From positions 32,001-96,000 of the IMG/VR virus record IMGVR_UViG_3300027971_000028: a stretch of DNA of 64,000 bases, one strand, 5' to 3'. Both the position numbers and the translations under genes were made by a program. Of this stretch, positions 18,607 to 28,551 are shown in pieces. The stretch's first letter is position 1, and every line of letters starts with the position of its first letter. Below the pieces are notes generated by a model. It was not told the origin of the DNA, ran no database searches, and was given only the letters and a program-made list of their open reading frames with translations. The DNA comes from a virus.

Positions 18607-21264
18607 ATGACAACTAATGAAATTAACCCAGCTGATTACAGATACTACGCTGTAGATTTGCTTACAAACACCTTGTTGGTAGAGATCCCGTTTGTAGATG
18701 TTACTTATGGAAGGGCTCTAAGTAAAGCAGGTTCTTTTTCTGGGTCAATTCCTATAGTTGAAGCAAACGCTCATTTAAATCTATATGAAAACACCATGCC
18801 AGGAAAAACAGCAATATATATTCTTAGAAACGGCGTCTGCGTCTGGGGCGGAATTATATGGAGCAGAAGTTACTCTCCCATTGATAAAAAGTTAACTGTA
18901 GATGGCGCAGAGTTTATAAGTTATTTGTATCATAGGATGGTATGGCAAACTCTTTATTATGGAAGTGAGCCTTACTACTGCAGCAGATATGTAGCAGGGT
19001 CTGGTACAGCAACTATTTACACTAGTACAGAACATGAATTTGAAGTAGGAGATGTTGTAAAGGTTTACGCACTAAATAATGCTTTAAATGGTACGCATGT
19101 AATAACAGCAATCCCGTCTGCTTCAAGTTTTTCTTTTGCCTCCGCTGCGACGCTCTCTTTAAGCCCTTCTGATATAGGTCAAGCTCGTTCTGTTGTTGAT
19201 TCATATGATGTTGCTAGAGATATTTTAGGCTGGTTAAATGAGGATTTTTCTACAAATGATTTTTTAAATGATGAGGCTTATGGCGATAGACGTATAAATT
19301 TTCCAGCCACGGATGAAGAGTACACAGTTACCAATAAACTTTGTGTTTCAAACAGTACTACTCTAACTTTAGATAGGCCGCATGATCTAATAGTAGGTCA
19401 ACTAGTTGAAATTGCAGCTGTAGATGATTTATTAGATGGTTATCAAACTATTACAGCCGTCCCAACCAGCACAACCATTAAATACAACGTCACTGGTTCT
19501 GTAAATATCTCGACTGCTGCTGTAACCCCGTACACAAGTTATGATGTAACTTCAAAAAGCATATCCACTACTTCTTTAACTATAACATTTAAATCAGTTT
19601 CATCTAATATTGCAACAATAACTACGAGTCAACCCCATGGGCTTGCAGTAGGAGATTATGTAAGCATAGCAAAATTAGATAACAGCGTTTCTTATACTAA
19701 AACAGCCACTGCCTTTAGTGGATCTACTACCCTTACAGTTACAAGTGCTACTAATTTAGTAGCAGGAATGTTAGTTTCTGTAACAACTGGAAAACTTAGT
19801 GGAAACACTATTGTTGAGAAAATAGTTGGAACTACTGTTACTTTAAACAAACCTACATTATCTGCTATAACTTCTGAAACTGTAAGTTTTACAAATCAAT
19901 CTGCACTAAATGGCACTACTAACGTTATTTCAATACCAACTAGTACAACTTTTACAATACCAGTAGATAGTGCTGATATTGGTACTACCGCTGTCGCTGC
20001 AAATACAGGCGAGGCTTCTTATAAAACTGTTACCTTAACTACATCTGCTAATCACGGAATAGTGGCAGGTACCAGCATTATTGTTGAAAATATAGGAAGT
20101 GATTACGATGGTAATTATGTAGTAGCGTCAGTACCAGATGTTAAAACTATAAAATACACAGTCTTTTCTACTTTAAACTACGTTACCACAGGAGTTTCTG
20201 GCGGTACTGTTTCTTGGGGTGGCAGATTAGTTGCTGGTACTTATGGTTCATATTCTTCTAACTCTAATATAGGCATAGACTCTACTGAAGAGTTAAGTGC
20301 AAAATATTTAGGGTCAAGTAGTAAAGTATTTAGAGGCTCTGACTTAAGATCTTTTGGAGATATATTAGAAGATTTTTCTAAAGAACTTGAAGGTTTTGAG
20401 TACAGAATAGATTGTGATTTTGAAAATGATGCTTTTACTAGAACATTTACTTTTGTTCCTTTTGTTGATCCACCTGTAAGAATACCTGTAACATTTAAAC
20501 AACTAACATCTAACATTGCAACAATAACTACAAGCACTGCTCACGGGTTAGTTGCTGGGGACGAGACTGTTATTACAGAGGTTGGCTCATCATTTGACGG
20601 AACAGTTACTGTTGTTAGCGCTCCTACTACAACTACCTTTACTTTTTACTCTTATAACAACAATGTCCCTTCTACTGCATCTACAGGATATATAGGAGTG
20701 GTTCATCCGTTAAGTGTTTTAGGCGCTGATCAATATGTTTTCGAGTACCCAGGCAATATTTTTCAATTTACTTTAAATGAAAATGCAGAAGACTCTGCTA
20801 CTAGAATGTGGGTAGGTGGATCTGCTGATGGATTAGATGGCACTGCTAGCCAACCTTACGCTGCAGCGGCTTCAAAAGATTTACTAAATCAAGGTTGGCC
20901 ACTATTAGATGAGATCGAAGAAAAAAATGATGTAGATACTGTTGCTGCTGGTAAAGAGGCTTTATATAACTATGCTTTAGACTTTTTAGGAGAATCTAGA
21001 CCTCCAGAGGCAACTTTTAATATAGAGGTTAATGGATCTTTAGATCCTGTAGTTGGGTCTTACTACCCAGGAGATTGGTGCTCAATAATTCTTGATGATG
21101 AGTTTGTTAGAATGCGTCTAGCAACTGATCTAGAGCCTAGAGGTGATGTAATTGTTCGTAAAATTATTGCCTACACAGTTGGTGTTCCAGAAACTCCATC
21201 TTTTCCAGAAAAAGTAACACTGACTCTTCAAACTGAATGGAAGGAGGATAGAAAAAATGTCTAG
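18607..21264 (+). CDS. Baseplate hub/Tal-like minor tail protein with five HG-x-x-VGD-type domains
   Basis: Hub-like N-terminus (YAVDLLTN..EIPF..LSKAGSFSG) and C-terminus (YPGNI; G.YYPGDWC) interrupted by repeated modules. Confidence 0.7.
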   Translation: MTTNEINPADYRYYAVDLLTNTLLVEIPFVDVTYGRALSKAGSFSGSIPIVEANAHLNLYENTMPGKTAIYILRNGVCVWGGIIWSRSYSPIDKKLTVDGAEFISYLYHRMVWQTLYYGSEPYYCSRYVAGSGTATIYTSTEHEFEVGDVVKVYALNNALNGTHVITAIPSASSFSFASAATLSLSPSDIGQARSVVDSYDVARDILGWLNEDFSTNDFLNDEAYGDRRINFPATDEEYTVTNKLCVSNSTTLTLDRPHDLIVGQLVEIAAVDDLLDGYQTITAVPTSTTIKYNVTGSVNISTAAVTPYTSYDVTSKSISTTSLTITFKSVSSNIATITTSQPHGLAVGDYVSIAKLDNSVSYTKTATAFSGSTTLTVTSATNLVAGMLVSVTTGKLSGNTIVEKIVGTTVTLNKPTLSAITSETVSFTNQSALNGTTNVISIPTSTTFTIPVDSADIGTTAVAANTGEASYKTVTLTTSANHGIVAGTSIIVENIGSDYDGNYVVASVPDVKTIKYTVFSTLNYVTTGVSGGTVSWGGRLVAGTYGSYSSNSNIGIDSTEELSAKYLGSSSKVFRGSDLRSFGDILEDFSKELEGFEYRIDCDFENDAFTRTFTFVPFVDPPVRIPVTFKQLTSNIATITTSTAHGLVAGDETVITEVGSSFDGTVTVVSAPTTTTFTFYSYNNNVPSTASTGYIGVVHPLSVLGADQYVFEYPGNIFQFTLNENAEDSATRMWVGGSADGLDGTASQPYAAAASKDLLNQGWPLLDEIEEKNDVDTVAAGKEALYNYALDFLGESRPPEATFNIEVNGSLDPVVGSYYPGDWCSIILDDEFVRMRLATDLEPRGDVIVRKIIAYTVGVPETPSFPEKVTLTLQTEWKEDRKNV

Positions 21265-22312
21265 TAGAAGACGTAACAGTAAGAAAAATCTAGGAACTAA
21301 TCTATCTGACATACAAAGACGTCTGCGACGTATGGAGAGAAAGCCTATAAGAACTAGGCTTCAAAATAGAGTTATTAAAGGTGCTGCTATAGCCCCTAGC
21401 AGTATTACAGCAGATGAGGTTGGTTTTGGTACTAATATAGTAAGCACAGAAAATCCTGAAGATTTTGTTAATTTAAAAGATGGGCAAGAAATAACAAACC
21501 CAAACACTGGTGAGAAAAAAGTATATGATGAACTAAATGACGAATTTATAACTATAAAAGACCCCGCTGCTCAAGCGTCCGCAGATGGAAAAAATAAAAT
21601 CTATCGTCAAACTTCTCAACCTACGGGGGGTACCTACGTTCAAGGAGATACTTGGTTTGATACAGATGATGACAATAAAATTTATCGTTATGATGGGACT
21701 TCTTGGGTAGGGTTTACTTTAGGAGATGGCGCTTTAGCCAGTATTTCTGCTAATAAACTCACTGCTGGAACAATTGATGCACGTGTCATAACTGTTTCAT
21801 ATCTTGATGCAGGAAACATAACATCTGGAACAATAACTGGAAGAACTCTTCAAACTTCTGCATCTGGAAGAAAAGTTATTATAGATGGGTCCAATAACTA
21901 TATTAGACTTGATGATCAAACTGGTACGGCTACTGCATTTATAACTCCTTTAACCATAGAAAGTCTTGGAGATTACGGAATTTTTATGCATTCTGGATCT
22001 ACGGTAGACACTACTGGTGCTACTGCTGGAGCTGGAATATTTATTGCCGAGTATGCAACAAGAATATATGCTCAAGATAGAGCAAGTTTTATCAGAATGG
22101 ACAACGGTCAAATAGAAATCTCGGCGGACAATGCAACGTTTGCAACTATTATTTTAGATTCTACTGAAGTTTACATTAGTAAACTTAATGGACAGGCTAT
22201 AGCAGAAGACCCTACATCAGACATGAAAGTTAGAAATATAATGGCAACTAATACGGCAGGTACCCCGACTTATAGCGGGGGAGCCGGGGACATAATGTTG
22301 GTTTACACTTAA
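21257..22312 (+). CDS. Minor tail or central fibre protein
   Basis: N-terminal coiled coil, GDTWFDTDDDNKIYRYDG module, ITAGTI-type repeats, C-terminal AGDIMLVYT. Confidence 0.65.
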   Translation: MSSRRRNSKKNLGTNLSDIQRRLRRMERKPIRTRLQNRVIKGAAIAPSSITADEVGFGTNIVSTENPEDFVNLKDGQEITNPNTGEKKVYDELNDEFITIKDPAAQASADGKNKIYRQTSQPTGGTYVQGDTWFDTDDDNKIYRYDGTSWVGFTLGDGALASISANKLTAGTIDARVITVSYLDAGNITSGTITGRTLQTSASGRKVIIDGSNNYIRLDDQTGTATAFITPLTIESLGDYGIFMHSGSTVDTTGATAGAGIFIAEYATRIYAQDRASFIRMDNGQIEISADNATFATIILDSTEVYISKLNGQAIAEDPTSDMKVRNIMATNTAGTPTYSGGAGDIMLVYT

Positions 22313-22316
22313 TCTC

Positions 22317-24755
22317 ATGCCTACTAATTACATAAAGACAAACTCTGGTTGGAATCCTATATCGCAAATTTGGATAAAACTTGCAGCGGGATGGAAAAGT
22401 ATTTCACAGGGGTGGGTTTATGTAGCTGGAAATTGGCGTCAATTCTTTCCAGGAGGTCTTGTTCCTGTCATTGCTGCTCAAGTAACAATAGCCAAGTCTG
22501 GTACTGGCACTATAACTTTAACTGGAACAAATAGACGTTGGACTAACTTTTCTACTGGTGTTTATTACTTTGATAGTTCTACCGATAACTCGAACTGGAC
22601 GCAGATGGATACGGGAGCAATTACAAACCCTGCAGTTGCTGGAACAAATACTAAGACTTATGTTTTAACTCAGTCGGACGTTACAGCCAATACAACTAAT
22701 TACTACAGATTTCGTGTAGAAGTAACTAGTTCTACTCCAGTAACTGCTACTTCTACCTCCACCAATGTCACAGTTGAAGGCACTCGGGACATAACTGATC
22801 TATCAGCAACTGCAAGTCTTTTATATGGAAGTGTTATAGATCTTTCATGGACTGCTTCCGTCTACGCTGGAAGCCAGAGAGTTCAATATAAACTTGCCTC
22901 AAGCGGTATTTGGAGTACTTTTTCTACAGTATCTGGCTCTGCAACATCAGTAAGCGTAACTGGGCTAACAGGCGGCGGAATTTCTTATAATTTTAGAATA
23001 CTTCCTTATACAGGAGCCTCTGCTACAGGCTATTACGGAAACTACTCCAATACAGCAACCGCCTCTACATACGCAGGATATCCGTATACTTTTAATTTTG
23101 GAAATACTTTATATATAGGAACAAATGGATACATATCTTTTGACTCTGGAAGAACTGTAACTTATCTTGGTTTTGTAGGTCGCGTACTTTCTATGCTTAC
23201 AGCAGATCTAGTACAAGACTTTTTAAGCGTTGCTGCCTCTGGATCTACGCAATATATTTTTTGGAGAGGTCATCGTTTTGGAAATTCAAATACATCTGAA
23301 ATTAGATTAGAAATACAAATACCAGATGCAGGTGGCTATGCTTTTATAGAGTATACCTTTACTACAGCAGTTAGTCCAAGAAACAGCTCTACTATAAGTA
23401 CTGATATTGGATATTATGTAGATGGAATCGGACCTTCTGGCGGGTATAGCAACATATCTTCTAGCATTTTAACCACGCAGCAAGTATTGATATATTTTGG
23501 CTTTGGCGCTTCTACAGGTCCAGGATCTGGAATTTTTTCTTCTCAAGGTATTAGTTGGGGAGGATGGATACAACTTGATACGGTATCAGGTGGTGATCTT
23601 GATGATGGATACTATGCTCTTACAACAGTTGCTGGCTCATCTCCATCAGCGCCTACATCTGTAAGCAACTCTAGTGTAACTGGAAGTTCTGCATCTGTAT
23701 CTTGGTCTGCTCCATCTAGCCTAGGCGGATCTAAAATATTAAGTTATGACTACTCAACGGATCAATCAAACTGGACAAATACAGGATTAACAACGTCTGC
23801 AACTGTTACTGGTCTTTCTGGTGGAACAAACTATACGGTTTACGTTAGGGCTAATAACTACTTTTTTACTGGAACCAGTTATGGAACTACTAATTTTACA
23901 ACTTCTTCTGTTTTAACACCGCCAACCATTTACCTAGTAACTGCTGGAGACTCCAGTGGGCAGCCAGTAACAGTTTATTTTTCTGGTGGCTCTGGACCTT
24001 ATTATCAAATATGGTGGACTCTCTCATTCGGTAGCACTTCATATGATGAGTATGGTAGTTCGAGCCCAATAACTGATTACACTGGACCTACTTCTGCCAG
24101 CAATGCTTGGTATGCTTACGTTAGATCTGTTTCAAGTCCAACTAACACTGGGCTAGGTCCGTCTTCAACAATAAGTGATTGGAGCCCTGGATACCAATTT
24201 ACTGTTACTCAAGCGCCAATTATTCCAACAATTACAATGAATGCAAACACTGGTATTAGTTCAAGTGGTGCAACAATTAACTGGTCATCAACTAATCAAT
24301 CATATTCTTATGTAAATAGTACATATCTTGGTTTTGCTAATAGTTATACTTTTTCTGGTCTATCTTCAAGCACATTCTACTCTGGAACTGTTACCGTATA
24401 TTCTTCTACTGGCAATACAGCATCTGCTAGTTATAGTTTTACAACATCTGCTCCAGTGGTAACAATACCAGCAACTCCGACTGGTCTTACCCTAAGTGGA
24501 AGCGGAGCCGTAAATTGGAATGCAGTTTCTGGTGCAACTTACTATGAAGTATTAAATTACACGGCGCGGAGTTCCTCTGGTGCAAGTCGCCTTGGACCTT
24601 ATAACACAATTGTGTACGGAACATCTCTTCAGCTTGGAGCCAGCCAAGGGTACTCGGGTTTAAATAACTATGCAAGAGTTCAGGTAAGGGCAGGAAACAG
24701 CGCTGGGGTTTCATTATATGGTCCATGGGAGCCAAGTGCTACAACATACACTTAG
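22317..24755 (+). CDS. Putative receptor-binding protein with fibronectin type III-like repeats
   Basis: 812 aa, S/T/G-rich; several W..(P/S)...Y...V.A FN3-like units; Trp-periodic N-terminal adaptor. Confidence 0.65.
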   Translation: MPTNYIKTNSGWNPISQIWIKLAAGWKSISQGWVYVAGNWRQFFPGGLVPVIAAQVTIAKSGTGTITLTGTNRRWTNFSTGVYYFDSSTDNSNWTQMDTGAITNPAVAGTNTKTYVLTQSDVTANTTNYYRFRVEVTSSTPVTATSTSTNVTVEGTRDITDLSATASLLYGSVIDLSWTASVYAGSQRVQYKLASSGIWSTFSTVSGSATSVSVTGLTGGGISYNFRILPYTGASATGYYGNYSNTATASTYAGYPYTFNFGNTLYIGTNGYISFDSGRTVTYLGFVGRVLSMLTADLVQDFLSVAASGSTQYIFWRGHRFGNSNTSEIRLEIQIPDAGGYAFIEYTFTTAVSPRNSSTISTDIGYYVDGIGPSGGYSNISSSILTTQQVLIYFGFGASTGPGSGIFSSQGISWGGWIQLDTVSGGDLDDGYYALTTVAGSSPSAPTSVSNSSVTGSSASVSWSAPSSLGGSKILSYDYSTDQSNWTNTGLTTSATVTGLSGGTNYTVYVRANNYFFTGTSYGTTNFTTSSVLTPPTIYLVTAGDSSGQPVTVYFSGGSGPYYQIWWTLSFGSTSYDEYGSSSPITDYTGPTSASNAWYAYVRSVSSPTNTGLGPSSTISDWSPGYQFTVTQAPIIPTITMNANTGISSSGATINWSSTNQSYSYVNSTYLGFANSYTFSGLSSSTFYSGTVTVYSSTGNTASASYSFTTSAPVVTIPATPTGLTLSGSGAVNWNAVSGATYYEVLNYTARSSSGASRLGPYNTIVYGTSLQLGASQGYSGLNNYARVQVRAGNSAGVSLYGPWEPSATTYT

Positions 24756-24763
24756 GAGAATTG

Positions 24764-24979
24764 ATGCTAACCAATGAAGAAAAAATAAACATTATAATTG
24801 ATAAACTTAACAAACTGGATTTTGTAATAAAATCATTCATTGATCATGCCGAAGAATTTAAAGATAAATATTCCTTGGAAGATGAGTTAGCAGATTGCAA
24901 CGCTAAAAAGGCTGTTTTTATATCAATGCTAGAAGATTTAGGCTATTCAGGGCATGAAAGCCCTATACAGTCAGGTTAA
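24764..24979 (+). CDS. Small helical hypothetical protein (start revised from 24725 to the ATG after GGAGAA)
   Basis: SD AGGAGA upstream of 24764; EEKINII motif shared with the next two ORFs. Confidence 0.65.
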   Translation: MLTNEEKINIIIDKLNKLDFVIKSFIDHAEEFKDKYSLEDELADCNAKKAVFISMLEDLGYSGHESPIQSG

Positions 24980-24993
24980 GAACCCCTCTCTCC

Positions 24994-25002
24994 TGATACA
25001 AT
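24994..25002 (+). promoter_or_regulatory. Extended -10 promoter candidate TGaTACAAT
   Basis: Matches TGnTAnnnT in the intergenic gap before 25032. Confidence 0.5.
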
Positions 25003-25031
25003 AAGAACCTACACTACACAGAACTAAGGAA

Positions 25032-25259
25032 ATGGAAAAAATGACAATAGAACTAAGTAAAGAAGAAAAAGTAAGCATTATAAATCAACACATCAAAACT
25101 TTGAAGTACAACAAGTATGACTATCAAATATCTATAAAAGAAGAAGAAGCCGTAGCAACACCTTCTACTTCTAGAGTAGACTCACTTAATGAAAAAATAA
25201 CAGAGGTCGATGCAAAGGTTGCAGCACTAAGCGCTGAAATAGCAGCACTAAACGCGTAA
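25032..25259 (+). CDS. Small coiled-coil protein
   Basis: 75 aa; paralogous to 25269..25493. Confidence 0.7.
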   Translation: MEKMTIELSKEEKVSIINQHIKTLKYNKYDYQISIKEEEAVATPSTSRVDSLNEKITEVDAKVAALSAEIAALNA

Positions 25260-25268
25260 GGATCTTCA

Positions 25269-25493
25269 GTGGTCACTAAAGAGGTAACAAAGCAAGAAAA
25301 ACTTGACTTAGTTGCTTCTCGTATACGTAATCATAAAATTAATAAATTTAACTCTGAACTTTTTATTATAGAAGAAGAGGCTAGTTTATCCCCAACTGAG
25401 TCCGATATAGCCTCTGCAAGAGCCTCTATACTTTCATCAGAGTCTCAGATAGCGGCTTTAGAAGAAACATACTCTGTCATCCAAGCAGAGTAA
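25269..25493 (+). CDS. Small coiled-coil protein
   Basis: 74 aa; EK..I......K.NK....I.EEEA pattern shared with 25032. Confidence 0.7.
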   Translation: MVTKEVTKQEKLDLVASRIRNHKINKFNSELFIIEEEASLSPTESDIASARASILSSESQIAALEETYSVIQAE

Positions 25494-25518
25494 AAACATA
25501 AGAGAAAGACAAAAAGAC

Positions 25519-25683
25519 ATGAGTGAATTTAAGACAAAGCAAGAGTTAATGATTATTGCCCTTCAACAACGTATCGGTGAACTTACTGCAAATTATGAAG
25601 GACAAATTGCTTCCCTTCGCGCTGATCTAACTCAACTTATGGAGATAGCAAAGATTTCTGAAACCGAAACTAAAGAGACATAA
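25519..25683 (+). CDS. 54-aa coiled-coil protein missing from the ORF track (MSEFKTKQELMIIALQQRIGELTANYEGQIASLRADLTQL...)
   Basis: Fills the gap; its stop overlaps the next ATG (TAATG). Confidence 0.7.
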   Translation: MSEFKTKQELMIIALQQRIGELTANYEGQIASLRADLTQLMEIAKISETETKET

Positions 25684-26153
25684 TGTTTGAGGTAAAAGAT
25701 AGTTCTAGAACTTTACAGTTTAATGGAACACTACTAAGTAAATCTTCTTCATGGCGTAAGGGATCTGTTCGCTGGATTGAGTTTGCTCTTTATAAAACTG
25801 AAAACGGTTCTTATGTACTTTCTCGTATTGGAGTTTCTTTAATTTACCACGGCGCAACCTGTGAAAAGGTAGATCGATATAATTTAGTTGACGAGTTCAC
25901 CGAAAACCTTGAAGATGACGCCATTCCTTGTGAAGAGTGCTCCCCTAATAGATCTTTACCTATTATTTTTCCAGAAAAGTATCGCTACTGGGCTCAGGTG
26001 AGTGATAACCCTCAGCCAGTATTAGACGCACTTTACAAATATAACGAGAATGGGGCAAGATACCTCACCTACGTTGCTCAGAAACTTCTAGACATTGCCG
26101 CTAAGAATGACGAGAATATAGATCTTATCTATAGAGTAGAGACAATTCCATAA
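25683..26153 (+). CDS. Hypothetical protein
   Basis: 156-aa ORF with C-x2-C (CEEC) and coupled start. Confidence 0.7.
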   Translation: MFEVKDSSRTLQFNGTLLSKSSSWRKGSVRWIEFALYKTENGSYVLSRIGVSLIYHGATCEKVDRYNLVDEFTENLEDDAIPCEECSPNRSLPIIFPEKYRYWAQVSDNPQPVLDALYKYNENGARYLTYVAQKLLDIAAKNDENIDLIYRVETIP

Positions 26154-26190
26154 AAAAGAACTAAACTAAATCAAAACGACAGAAGGATAA

Positions 26191-28011
26191 ATGACAAACG
26201 GATTAGATGGAATTCAAGTAAGCCTTGTTGACTCTGTAGAAAAGGCAAACGAATTTATTTCTTGGTTAGGCCAGCGCCGTCCTCATGATGCAATTGCAAT
26301 CGACACTGAGACGGGGGAAAAACTAGGTTCACCTAGAGATCATGCTTTATCTCCTTGGCATGGTGATCTTCGTTTGGTTCAAGTTGGTGATGGTATGCAC
26401 GGCTGGTCTATTCCTTGGGCAGAATGGTCTGGAGTTTTTTATGAAGCAATGAATAAATTTGATGGACCTATTGTGTGCCACAATATTGCATTTGAAGCAA
26501 GATGGTTTGCGATTAAATCTAATTGGGAAATACCTTGGCATCGTGCACATGACACAATGATTATGGCTCACCTTATTGATCCGTTAGGTCCTGGTGGATT
26601 AAAGCCTTTATCAGCAAGACTTGTAGATGGTCATGCTGCCCACCTTCAAGATAAGTTAGATGTTGACCTAGCAAAAAATGGTTGGACTTGGGGAACTGTT
26701 CCAACAAACTTTGAGCCTTATTGGTCCTATGGCGCACTAGATACTATTTTAACAATGCGTCTTTGGGAAAAGTTTTATGAGAAGTGCGGTCCTGGTCAGC
26801 CTTATCACAAAGCCTATGAGATCGAGATGGCTGCTAGAAAAATAGTTACTCGTATGGAAATAAACGGAGCAAGAGTTGATCTAGAGTATTCAAAACGCAA
26901 GTATGAAGAACTTATTGATTACACGGAGTCAGTAAAAGACTGGGCTGCTAAAACCTATGCTGGAACTAGTATCACTAGCAATATTCAACTAGTTAGATTA
27001 TTTGAAAAACTTGGCGCAGAGATAACTGAAACTACCCCTTCTGGTCAAAAATCTGCAAGTAAGGATCAACTTCACCTACTAACTATTCAAGGAAATGATG
27101 AGGTTAAAAATCTTGCTGAGACAATTTTAAAACAGCGTAAAGCAGATAAACTGGCAAATACCTATTTCCTCAACTTCTTAAACAAGTCCATTGATGGCAT
27201 TGTCCACCCTTCTGTAAAGACTTTAGGTGCTCGTACCTCTCGTATGTCTATCACCGACCCAGCGCTACAAACCCTGCCAAAGGGAGATGACACTGTTCGC
27301 AGAGCATTTATCCCTAAAGATAAAGATCACGTAATTATTACCTCTGACCTAGATCAGGTTGAGTTTCGTATGTTTGCTTCTTTATCTAAAGATCCTAATT
27401 TAATTAATCTTTTTAATCGCGCTGATGCAACTGGTTCAGATCCCTTTACTGAAATTGGTCGTGAGGTTTATCAAGAACCAGATATGACTCGTGCAGATAA
27501 AAGACGTAACCTAATTAAGGGAATGGTTTATGGTCGTCTCTACGGTGCTGGAGTTGCTAAACAAGCACTTACTGCTGGAGTTCTAGAGTCTCAGATGAAA
27601 TCTGTATCAGATGCTTTTGATAAGCGTTACCCAGGGATGATTAAGTTTCAAAGAGATATTGAAAATCTTGGTGCTCGTAGAGAAAGAGATGAGGGTCAAG
27701 GTTACATTTACACTTGGACTGGTCGTAAGATTCCTTGCGATGAAGGACGTGTTTACACGTTAATTAACTACTTAATCCAAGGCGGGGCTGCCGAAATATT
27801 TAAAAGTAATCTAATAAAACTTGATCAAGCAGATTTGACCGAGTACCTTATCGTCCCTGTACATGATGAAATTGTTTTACAAGCACCAAGGGATGAAGCA
27901 GAAGAAGTAAAGAAAGTAGTTCAAGAATGTATGACAACCACTGAAGGTTGGGATGTTCCACTAACTGCTGGAATAGATGGTCCATTAGAGAACTGGGGAC
28001 AAAAGTACTGA
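26191..28011 (+). CDS. polA: Family A DNA polymerase (3'-5' exonuclease plus polymerase)
   Basis: Exo I DTET, Exo II HNIAFE, motif A DLDQVEFR, motif B KGMVYGRLYG, motif C VHDE. Confidence 0.95.
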   Translation: MTNGLDGIQVSLVDSVEKANEFISWLGQRRPHDAIAIDTETGEKLGSPRDHALSPWHGDLRLVQVGDGMHGWSIPWAEWSGVFYEAMNKFDGPIVCHNIAFEARWFAIKSNWEIPWHRAHDTMIMAHLIDPLGPGGLKPLSARLVDGHAAHLQDKLDVDLAKNGWTWGTVPTNFEPYWSYGALDTILTMRLWEKFYEKCGPGQPYHKAYEIEMAARKIVTRMEINGARVDLEYSKRKYEELIDYTESVKDWAAKTYAGTSITSNIQLVRLFEKLGAEITETTPSGQKSASKDQLHLLTIQGNDEVKNLAETILKQRKADKLANTYFLNFLNKSIDGIVHPSVKTLGARTSRMSITDPALQTLPKGDDTVRRAFIPKDKDHVIITSDLDQVEFRMFASLSKDPNLINLFNRADATGSDPFTEIGREVYQEPDMTRADKRRNLIKGMVYGRLYGAGVAKQALTAGVLESQMKSVSDAFDKRYPGMIKFQRDIENLGARRERDEGQGYIYTWTGRKIPCDEGRVYTLINYLIQGGAAEIFKSNLIKLDQADLTEYLIVPVHDEIVLQAPRDEAEEVKKVVQECMTTTEGWDVPLTAGIDGPLENWGQKY

Positions 28012-28490
28012 TGAAATATATAGTTTCTGTAGATCCTGGTAAAGCAACGGGAGTTTGTTTAGTTGAGTGGTCTGGCTTGCCAGAAGAGGCTCCAGTAGTA
28101 AAGATGTCAGCAGAGGTTGACCCAGAAACATTTGCTTCTTGGATAGACACGGCTATGTCTATTGCTTTTTCCTCAGCCGAGTCCTACGATAATGTTTTAG
28201 TGGTTTGTGAGCGATTTGTTATTACTGCTCAGACAGTGAGAAACTCACAAGCGCCATTTAGCCTTGAACAGATAGGGGTTTTAAAGCATATGTGTCGAAC
28301 TAAGGAATATGACCCTGAAAAAATCATTTTTCAATCCCCTGTAGATGCCAAAACTATGTTTCCTAACGATGCTTTAAAGAAGTTAGGCACTTGGCATAAA
28401 GGCGGAGAAGGTCATGCAAATGACGCCATACGACACGCCCTTTTAAAGTTGGTTAAGATCGGTTGGAAGCCATTAGTTCTGTTAAAATAG
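28011..28490 (+). CDS. RuvC-like Holliday junction resolvase (start revised to 28011)
   Basis: IVSVDPGKATG, VVCE and HANDA motifs; TGATG overlap with polA. Confidence 0.75.
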   Translation: MKYIVSVDPGKATGVCLVEWSGLPEEAPVVKMSAEVDPETFASWIDTAMSIAFSSAESYDNVLVVCERFVITAQTVRNSQAPFSLEQIGVLKHMCRTKEYDPEKIIFQSPVDAKTMFPNDALKKLGTWHKGGEGHANDAIRHALLKLVKIGWKPLVLLK

Positions 28491-28551
28491 GTATGGACAG
28501 AAAAAAATAATCTAAAAACTATTTCAGTCTATATATAGGTAGGGGGTAAAA

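Noticed and set aside
22317-24755. Diversity-generating retroelement acting on the adhesin
   Set aside because: No reverse transcriptase and no template/variable repeat pair with A-specific mismatches noticed
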